NCBI GenBank assembly: GCA_036397615.1 | Contig: DASWIQ010000118.1 | Location: 107,012-171,011, forward strand | DNA: 64,000 bases | Source of the DNA: Steroidobacteraceae bacterium | GTDB taxonomy: Bacteria > Pseudomonadota > Gammaproteobacteria > Steroidobacterales > Steroidobacteraceae | Direction: 5' to 3' | In this document: positions 9,228 to 16,137 of the stretch, piece after piece | How positions within the stretch are numbered: the stretch's first letter is position 1 | Layout of the letters: every line of letters begins with the position of its first letter | Notes under the pieces: model-generated | Database searches by the model: none | The model's input: the letters and a program-made list of their open reading frames with translations, nothing else | Told to the model about the DNA's origin: nothing | Program-made: the position numbers and the translations under genes

Positions 9228-9991
9228 CGGGCGAGAAACGCTCGGAGCTGCTCCAGATACCGCGAATCAAGATCGATGTCGTTGTGCCTCGCACGATCGA
9301 GCACCATGACACGCACCTGCTCCGCCGGAAACGCCGCAATAAGCGCGTTCGATCTTGCTCGAGGGATGATCTCGTCCGAGCCCGCGACCACGATCAGCGT
9401 TTCCGCTTTGACTGCGGAGACCCGACTGGCCGAATCGTAGCGATCGCGCAGCAGGAGTCCGACCGGCAAGTACGGGAAATGCGACCGGGCGACCTTCACA
9501 AGGCTGTCGTACGGCGTGACAAGCGCCAGGCGGCGCACGTCGCGCACGCTCGCAAGCTGCACGGCGACGCCGCTGCCAAGGCTGCGACCGACCACCGAGA
9601 TCTCCGGGTATCGCGGTCGCAGATGGTCGTACAAGGCGATTGCATCCGCGACCAGGCCCGATTCCGACGGACTGCCGCCGCTGCCGCCATAGCCGCGATA
9701 GTTCACGAGGTAGAGGGAATGCTCCGGAAAGGCTGATGCAAAAGCATTCAGGCTGAACGCCACGTCCTCCGCGTTTCCGCCGAAGTACAGGAGCGCTCGC
9801 CCACCCGGACGCGCTGCGATCCAGATCTTCAGATCGGCCCCGCCGGCGGCAAATCGGATCGAGGACGCGCCCGCGGGATTCGATTCGGGAACCGGAAAAT
9901 AGATTTGCGAGCGCTGCAGGAAGAAGAGCAGCGCGCATAGCGCGGCATAGGCGCCGATCGTCACGATCAGGAAGGACACGACGTTCCGCAC
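9224..9991 (-). CDS. alpha/beta hydrolase, N-terminal membrane anchor
   Basis: GxSxG elbow (VVGRSLGSG) and an N-terminal TM helix (VVSFLIVTIGAYAALCALLFFL). The GTG at 9991 was chosen because the longer ORF would overlap the RidA gene. The stop overlaps the tatT start (ATGA at 9224-9227). Confidence 0.8.
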   Translation of the reverse strand: MRNVVSFLIVTIGAYAALCALLFFLQRSQIYFPVPESNPAGASSIRFAAGGADLKIWIAARPGGRALLYFGGNAEDVAFSLNAFASAFPEHSLYLVNYRGYGGSGGSPSESGLVADAIALYDHLRPRYPEISVVGRSLGSGVAVQLASVRDVRRLALVTPYDSLVKVARSHFPYLPVGLLLRDRYDSASRVSAVKAETLIVVAGSDEIIPRARSNALIAAFPAEQVRVMVLDRARHNDIDLDSRYLEQLRAFLAR

Positions 9992-10007
9992 GCGCGCCTC
10001 GCGCGCT

Positions 10008-10532
10008 TCAGCTGCCGTCGTGCAATTCGACCGTGGCCTCGATCTCGACCGCGATGTTGGACGGCAGGGACTGCATGCCGACCGCGGAGCGCGCGGCGCG
10101 GCCGCCGTCGCCGAAGGCCACAACCATCAGGTCGGAAAAGCCGTTGACGACCTTCGGGTGATCCTTGAAATCCTCGGTCGACTGCACCATGCCGAGGATG
10201 CGGACGAAGCGCTTGACCCGCGACAGCTCGCCGACCGCCGCCTTGATCGTCGCGAGCATGCAGAGTCCGACCTTCTCGGCCGACCGCACGCCCTGCTCGA
10301 GCGTCAGGTCGCCGCCCACTTTTCCGCGCGTGAAGGGCTCGTTGCACTCGCCGTGACCGGAGAGAAAAAGCAGATTGCCGGTCTGCACCGACGTCACGTA
10401 GGTCGCCACGGGTTTCGGCGGCACCGGCAGCGTGAAGCCCGCGGCTGCAAGCCGCCCCTCGGGCGTTTCGGACGGATTGGCCATGGCCGAGGCCGATAAT
10501 ATCAACAGTCCCGGCAACAGGATGCGAGGCAT
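10008..10532 (-). CDS. RidA/YjgF family protein with signal peptide
   Basis: Signal peptide MPRILLPGLLILSASAMA. YjgF-like core (NLLFLSGHG, ARSAVGMQSLPSNIAVEIEA). Confidence 0.85.
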   Translation of the reverse strand: MPRILLPGLLILSASAMANPSETPEGRLAAAGFTLPVPPKPVATYVTSVQTGNLLFLSGHGECNEPFTRGKVGGDLTLEQGVRSAEKVGLCMLATIKAAVGELSRVKRFVRILGMVQSTEDFKDHPKVVNGFSDLMVVAFGDGGRAARSAVGMQSLPSNIAVEIEATVELHDGS

Positions 10533-10602
10533 GCTTCTCCCCGGGCGGTTGCGGCAGACTACTCCCGATCGGCAGTCCCCGCCAGCATGGCATCATTGGC
10601 AC

Positions 10603-11493
10603 ATGAACTTCGAGCGACTGGAATCCCAGCGTGCCGTCGTCGGCGAAGGCTTTGAAATCCGGCGCGCGCTCCCGAATCGTCATCGCCGCATGATCGGCGC
10701 CTGGTGTTTTCTGGATCACGCGGGGCCCGCGAATTATTCCGCCGGCCAGGGCCTCACGATCGGACCGCACCCGCATATCGGCCTCCAGACATTCAGCTGG
10801 ATGATCGAGGGCACGATCCTGCACACCGACAGTCTCGGCTACCGGCAGTGGATCCATCCGGGACAGGTCAATCTCATGACGGCAGGCCGCGGCATCTCGC
10901 ACGCTGAAGAGTCTCCGGAGGACTCCGCCGGCCGTTTCCAGCTTGCGCAGCTATGGATCGCGCTCCCAAAGCCCGAGAGCGATCGCGAACCCTCGTTTCA
11001 TCATTACCCGGATCTTCCGATCCTTGATCGCGGCGGGTTCCGGATCACCGTGCTCGCCGGCAGCTTCGCGGGCGAGAAAGCGCCGGCCCAGGTCTTCTCG
11101 CCGCTCGTGGGCCTCGATTTCGCAACCCCCGGCGCCGCGGCAACCGGGCTGACGCTCGATCCCGCCTTCGAATACGGCGTGCTGACACTCGAGGGCGAAG
11201 CCCGCGTCGAAGGGCAGCCGCTGTCGCCCGGGACCCTGCTCTATTTCGCTCCGGGCCGCGAGACTCTCGCGATCGAATCTCTTTCCGCCTCGCGGCTCCT
11301 GCTGATCGGCGGCCTCCCGTTCGGCGAGGAAATCCTGCTCTGGTGGAATTTCGTCGCGCGCTCCGTGGATGAAATGGAGACCGCGACGCGCGACTGGCGG
11401 CAGGGAAACCGCTTCGGCCAGGTTCGCGGCGCCCGCGGCGCGCCGCTCCATGCGCCCGAGCTTCGCGGTCTGCGCCCGCGGAGCGGCGGATGA
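10603..11493 (+). CDS. pirin family protein
   Basis: Cupin/pirin motifs (GPHPHIGLQTFSWMIEG, VNLMTAGRGISHAE). The ATG at 10603 was chosen; the upstream part of ORF 10432 runs antisense to the RidA gene. Confidence 0.85.
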   Translation: MNFERLESQRAVVGEGFEIRRALPNRHRRMIGAWCFLDHAGPANYSAGQGLTIGPHPHIGLQTFSWMIEGTILHTDSLGYRQWIHPGQVNLMTAGRGISHAEESPEDSAGRFQLAQLWIALPKPESDREPSFHHYPDLPILDRGGFRITVLAGSFAGEKAPAQVFSPLVGLDFATPGAAATGLTLDPAFEYGVLTLEGEARVEGQPLSPGTLLYFAPGRETLAIESLSASRLLLIGGLPFGEEILLWWNFVARSVDEMETATRDWRQGNRFGQVRGARGAPLHAPELRGLRPRSGG

Positions 11494-11897
11494 AGCGCAT
11501 TGCTTCCGCCGTCGTCACGCCCACCGGGCCGAACTATACGCAGTCGATCGAGACAGGCGGATTTTCGCTCCTGTCCGACGAGCCGCTCGGAGCCGGGGGG
11601 CAGAACGCGGGCGCGACGCCCTACGGCCTCCTGCTCGCGGGACTCGGCGCCTGCACCGCCATCACCCTCAAAATGTACGCCGATCGGAAGGGCTGGGATA
11701 TCGGCGCGATGAAAGTGTCGCTGACACTCTCCAGGGACGCCGACGGGAGAACGTTCATCGACCGGACGCTCGACTCCGACGCCAGGCTCGACGGCGAGCA
11801 ATGGTTGAAATTGCTCGACATCGCCTCCAAGACTCCGGTCACGAAAACGCTGCTGGCGGGCGCCAGCATCACGACCCGACGAGCCGAGGTGGCCTGA
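11490..11897 (+). CDS. OsmC family peroxiredoxin-like protein
   Basis: OsmC-like sequence (ATPYGLLLAGLGACTAITLKMYADRKGW, ASKTPVTKTL). ATGA overlap with the pirin stop. Confidence 0.85.
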   Translation: MKRIASAVVTPTGPNYTQSIETGGFSLLSDEPLGAGGQNAGATPYGLLLAGLGACTAITLKMYADRKGWDIGAMKVSLTLSRDADGRTFIDRTLDSDARLDGEQWLKLLDIASKTPVTKTLLAGASITTRRAEVA

Positions 11898-11900
11898 GAC

Positions 11901-12773
11901 ATGCGCAAGGTATTGGCCGTTCACGATCCCAACCCGCCGCACTGGGTCGGTGATGGATTTCCGGTGCGGTCGATCTTCAGCTACGACGGTCTGGGACGAG
12001 AGAAGCTGAGTCCGTTCCTGATGCTCGACTATGCGGCTCCGCGGAATTTCGAGCCCGCCACCGTGCGCCGCGGCGTCGGCGAGCACCCGCATCGCGGATT
12101 CGAGACGGTCACGATCGTCTACCAGGGCGAGCTGGAGCATCGTGATTCGGCCGGCAACGGGGGGCGTATCGGCCCCGGCGACGTGCAATGGATGACCGCC
12201 GCCTCCGGAATCATCCACGAGGAATTCCACTCGGAAAAATTCACGCGATCCGGCGGCCGGATGGAAATGATGCAGCTCTGGGTGAACCTCCCGGCCAAGG
12301 ACAAGATGTCGCCACCCCGCTATCAGACATTGCTCGAAGCCGACATCCCGTCGGTCGCGCTCGCCGACGGCGCCGGACGACTGCGCGTGATCGCCGGCGA
12401 GTTCGCCGGGCACGAGGGCCCGGCGAAGACATTCACGCCGATCAACGTCTGGGACTTGCGCCTGAACGCGGGAAAAACCAGCACCCTGTCGACGCCCGAC
12501 GGCCACACGACCGCGGTCATTCCGATGCATGGGCGCGCATTGCTCAACGACACGCAGTCTGCCGGTGAAGCGCAGATCGCGATCCTCGACCGCACGGGCG
12601 GCGAATTCACGATCGGCGTGGAGACCGATTCGACACTGCTCGTGCTGAGCGGCCAGCCGCTCAACGAGCCGGTCGTCGGCTACGGCCCGTTCGTCATGAC
12701 GAGCGATCGGGAGATCGCGCAGGCGATACGCGACTACCAGAGCGGGCGATTCGGCAGCCTGCCCGCCTCGTGA
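11901..12773 (+). CDS. pirin family protein (YhhW/quercetinase-like)
   Basis: Pirin-like motifs: HPHRGFETVTIVYQGELEHRDS, VQWMTAASGIIHEE, MQLWVNLP. Confidence 0.9.
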   Translation: MRKVLAVHDPNPPHWVGDGFPVRSIFSYDGLGREKLSPFLMLDYAAPRNFEPATVRRGVGEHPHRGFETVTIVYQGELEHRDSAGNGGRIGPGDVQWMTAASGIIHEEFHSEKFTRSGGRMEMMQLWVNLPAKDKMSPPRYQTLLEADIPSVALADGAGRLRVIAGEFAGHEGPAKTFTPINVWDLRLNAGKTSTLSTPDGHTTAVIPMHGRALLNDTQSAGEAQIAILDRTGGEFTIGVETDSTLLVLSGQPLNEPVVGYGPFVMTSDREIAQAIRDYQSGRFGSLPAS

Positions 12774-13183
12774 TGCCGGTACAGCGCGGGGGACGCGTCG
12801 CGGAAGACCCGTCCTCGGCGCTCCGCGAGCTGTCTCACGCGATCCGCGCGCTTCACAAGTCGCTGCTCGATGCGGAACTTGACAACTTTCCGATGGCTCG
12901 GAGCACCGCCGACCGGTTGGCGCTCGTCGTCGATCATCCGTCGTTCGCCTGGCTGCACGCCCTGTCGGAGCTGATCGTCGAATTCGACGAGCTCGCGGAA
13001 TCGGAGGCCGACGCGTTCGCGACGCTGCGGAATTGCCGCGACGCCATCGAACGGCTGCTCGGGCCGAAGCCCGCGTCAAGCGGCGCTTTCCGCACGCGCT
13101 ATCTGGAATACCTGCAGCTTGCGCCGGAGGTCGCGATTGCGACAGGCGCCGTCAGGCAGCTCCTCGCCGGCAAGCCAGTCTGA
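12770..13183 (+). CDS. hypothetical protein, helical, no recognised family
   Basis: GTG/ATG start overlaps the pirin stop (GTGATG at 12770-12775). Codon usage matches the neighbouring genes. I recognise no motif. Confidence 0.5.
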   Translation: MMPVQRGGRVAEDPSSALRELSHAIRALHKSLLDAELDNFPMARSTADRLALVVDHPSFAWLHALSELIVEFDELAESEADAFATLRNCRDAIERLLGPKPASSGAFRTRYLEYLQLAPEVAIATGAVRQLLAGKPV

Positions 13184-13207
13184 CCCGGCCGCACTGACGG
13201 CGCCGGC

Positions 13208-13723
13208 TCAGGCCGGCGGCTGGCTGCCGAGATAATCCATCTTGCCGAGCTCGACGCCGTTGTGGCGCAGGATGTCATACGCCGTCGTGCAGTGGAAATG
13301 CAGGTTCGGCAGCACGTGGTGCAGCACGTAAGGGAGACCCTGCATCGAACGCTCGGTGCTGCGCGTCTTCCACGTCACCGCGCGGTCCTCGGAACCCTCG
13401 AACTGCTGCGGCTTGAGCGTTTCGAGCCAGGCGGCGGTTTTCTTCGCGCGCTCGATGAGCTCGGGCAGGGTTTTCTCGTTGTCCTCGAACGGAGGCGCCT
13501 GGAGTCCCGCTGTCCGCGCGGCCCCCATCTTCGCGGTGTCGGAAGCGATCTGGACCTGCCTCGCCAACGGGAACATGTCCGGAGCGAGCCTCGCACCGAC
13601 GAAAACATCGGGATCGATCTTCCTCGCCTGTGCGTGCTGCGCGGTCTTCTCGAGCACCGCCGCAAGATTATTCATCATGCGAATGCCCGGCTTCACGCAG
13701 GCGTCGAACATCGATATCTTCAT
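13208..13723 (-). CDS. DUF1993 domain-containing protein
   Basis: Matches the DUF1993 pattern (ARLAPDMFPLARQVQIASD, LPNLHFHCTTAYDILRHNGVELGKMDYLG). Start taken at MKISMF (13723). Confidence 0.8.
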   Translation of the reverse strand: MKISMFDACVKPGIRMMNNLAAVLEKTAQHAQARKIDPDVFVGARLAPDMFPLARQVQIASDTAKMGAARTAGLQAPPFEDNEKTLPELIERAKKTAAWLETLKPQQFEGSEDRAVTWKTRSTERSMQGLPYVLHHVLPNLHFHCTTAYDILRHNGVELGKMDYLGSQPPA

Positions 13724-13761
13724 CGTGCGCTCCGAAAGCAATCCCATAGAATGCGCTCATT

Positions 13762-14727
13762 ATGAGGCAGACCGGGATCGTCTGGGACAATCACGCCTGC
13801 TTGCCGCTCCGCGACGTGGACGACTGGCTGCCCCGCCTCTCCCGCTATCTCGACGCCGGCGTCGACGTCGTCACGGTGAACATCGGCGACAGCCTCGTGC
13901 CGCTCGAAACGCTCGTCCGCACGGCCGCGAGCATCCGGCATTTCGTCCATGCCAATCCTGCAAAATACCTGATGGGGCGCACGCCGTCCGATCTGCGCGC
14001 CGCGAAGACGAGCGGCCGGCTCGCTGTCTGCCTCGACGTCGAAGGCGTCCATGCGCTCGGAGAGCAGGTTTCGCTCGTCGAGTTTCTCTACGAAATCGGC
14101 GTGCGCTGGATGCTCATGGTCTACAACCGGCGGAATCTCGCGGGCAGCGGATGTCACGATCCGGTGGACGAGGGTCTGACCGAGCTCGGCCGCAGCTTCC
14201 TCGCGGAAATGGACCGCGTCGGCATGATCAAATGCTGTTCGCACACCGGCTATCGCACGGCCCGCGAGATCCTCGATTCGACCGACCGGCCCGTGATCTT
14301 TTCCCATTCGAACCCGCGGCGCCTGCGGGACCATCCGCGCAATATTCCGGACGACCTGATCAAGGCCTGCGCCGCAACCGGCGGCGTGGTCGGGGTCAAC
14401 GGCGTCGGACTCTTTCTCGGCGACGGTCCGCCGACGGCCGCGGCCATCGTCCGGAACATCGACTATGTCGTGCAGCTCGTCGGCGCACGGCACGCCGGTC
14501 TCGGTCTCGACTACATGTACCGGAGTTCGGAACTGAACGAGCCCGGACGGGGCAGCAAGGAAATCTGGCCACCGGAATGGGGCTACGGGCGGGGGTCCGG
14601 CTTTGCGCCGCCCGAGGTGATACCGGAGATCATCGCGGGCCTCGAAGATCTCGGATACGCGCCTGAGGCGGTCGAGGGCGTTCTCGGTGAGAACCTCGTG
14701 CGCGTGGCGCAGGCCGTGTGGCGATAA
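13762..14727 (+). CDS. membrane dipeptidase (peptidase M19 family)
   Basis: M19-like motifs: VWDNHACLP, VRWMLMVYNRRN, IKCCSHTGY, VIFSHSNPR. Confidence 0.85.
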   Translation: MRQTGIVWDNHACLPLRDVDDWLPRLSRYLDAGVDVVTVNIGDSLVPLETLVRTAASIRHFVHANPAKYLMGRTPSDLRAAKTSGRLAVCLDVEGVHALGEQVSLVEFLYEIGVRWMLMVYNRRNLAGSGCHDPVDEGLTELGRSFLAEMDRVGMIKCCSHTGYRTAREILDSTDRPVIFSHSNPRRLRDHPRNIPDDLIKACAATGGVVGVNGVGLFLGDGPPTAAAIVRNIDYVVQLVGARHAGLGLDYMYRSSELNEPGRGSKEIWPPEWGYGRGSGFAPPEVIPEIIAGLEDLGYAPEAVEGVLGENLVRVAQAVWR

Positions 14728-16137
14728 TCACGCGCCGGGGCCGCTCGCTGCCGGTTGTCGCGCCAGGCGCAGCACCATGAAACCCACGAGCAGCACGCCG
14801 CCGGCCAGGCCGATCCACAGCAGCCAGCGTCGCCACTCGGGCGTGCGGACCGATTCGAGGCGCACGGAACCGCCAAGTTCCTGGCGCGCCCCGAGTCGGG
14901 CATGGCCAATCGAATCCGATTTTTCCAGCAGGCCGCGCATGGCAGGATCGGCGTAGCGCCGCTCCTGGGGGAAGCCGTTCGCGAGGTCCATGGCGTTGCC
15001 GGCGACCAGCCGCCAGGGGCCCTGGCCCTGGGCGATGAAGTGCAGCCGATCACTGCGCCAACCCACCTGAAAACCGAACTGCAGCTCGCCAGCGCCGCGT
15101 TCGACCTTCACCTTCCAGCGCGACGATCGTTGCGCTGGGATTGTCGCGGCATCGCTCGTGACCGCGTTGCCGTCCCGACGCAGTCGATAAAACGATCCGT
15201 CGTGGACGGGCAGCCAGACCTGCCTGTCAGGCAACCAGGCAAAGATACTGGCCCGGACCAGACTGGTGCCGTCCGGCAGTTCCAGGTTCAGCCGGTCGAC
15301 CGGCGGCGAGCCGCCGATATCGAACAGGTAGCCGCGATCCGCCGGATCCCGTCCGGTGGAAACCATCGAAAGCCAGTCGCGGTCGATCGCAGGCGCCGGC
15401 GGCGCGAAGAAGGCTGTCAGCCGGTCGATGCGCCAGCCAGCCGGCACCGAGTCCCAGCTCAAGCGGAGATAGCGGACCGGGTGATTGGCGACATCGATGC
15501 GACGGCGCTCGATGCTGGCACTGTCCTGGCGCAAGCCGGCGATCGCGCCATTTCCCAGCCGAAACCAACGATCGAAGTCGGAACTGCCTTCGATCGTCAC
15601 TCGCGCTATCACTGGTTCGATTTCGCGTGGCCACTCGATCCCGATTCCGCGCAGGTCGGTGCGTTCCTCGCCAAGATCGGCGACGTAGGCGACGAGCGTC
15701 GCCGGTCCCGCCGCGGCCGCCAGCGTGCCGCTCACGATCTGCACGCGGGTTCCGGCTTCGCTGCGCACCAGCGCAAGACGCATATCGCCGACCGACAGTC
15801 CCGCCGGCGCAAGCACCGGCAGCGCCGCAATCCTCGCCGTGCTTTCGGGTACCGGTTTCGAGTCTGCGGGCGGCCCAATCAGACGCGGCACGGCGTGCCA
15901 CGAGGAGTCATAGACGCCAATGTCGCGAAGACTCGGGTCAGTCACGGATCGATATACGTCAAGGCGCAATTCAAGTTCGTAGAAGTCGTCGGGCTTTTCT
16001 TCCTCGATCGGCCAGTCCCAGGCGTAGTCGACTGCGGCAGGCATCGGATCATCGCCTGGCGGCGCCGCTTGCACAGACAGAGCGGCGAATCCGGCCATCG
16101 TCGCCAATCCAAGGATCGTCGATTCAGACTTTCGCAT
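14728..16137 (-). CDS. DUF3999 family protein (secreted, C-terminal TM anchor)
   Basis: Signal peptide (GLATMAGFAALSVQA), C-terminal TM helix (WLLWIGLAGGVLLVGFMVL) and AAGGAA SD before the ATG. It lies immediately downstream of, and overlaps by 14 nt, a DUF2339-type gene, which is the usual partner. Confidence 0.7.
   Translation of the reverse strand: MRKSESTILGLATMAGFAALSVQAAPPGDDPMPAAVDYAWDWPIEEEKPDDFYELELRLDVYRSVTDPSLRDIGVYDSSWHAVPRLIGPPADSKPVPESTARIAALPVLAPAGLSVGDMRLALVRSEAGTRVQIVSGTLAAAAGPATLVAYVADLGEERTDLRGIGIEWPREIEPVIARVTIEGSSDFDRWFRLGNGAIAGLRQDSASIERRRIDVANHPVRYLRLSWDSVPAGWRIDRLTAFFAPPAPAIDRDWLSMVSTGRDPADRGYLFDIGGSPPVDRLNLELPDGTSLVRASIFAWLPDRQVWLPVHDGSFYRLRRDGNAVTSDAATIPAQRSSRWKVKVERGAGELQFGFQVGWRSDRLHFIAQGQGPWRLVAGNAMDLANGFPQERRYADPAMRGLLEKSDSIGHARLGARQELGGSVRLESVRTPEWRRWLLWIGLAGGVLLVGFMVLRLARQPAASGPGA

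Noticed and set aside
11241-13079. 612-aa minus-strand ORF spanning the pirin/OsmC/pirin region
   Set aside because: It is antisense to three genes with clear family motifs. The composition is Arg-rich with no motifs.
13199-13216. GC hairpin CGCCGGC-tcag-GCCGGCG between convergent genes, as a possible terminator
   Set aside because: There is no U-run on either side, and it overlaps the DUF1993 stop codon. It is also a self-complementary GC-rich sequence of a kind common in this genome.
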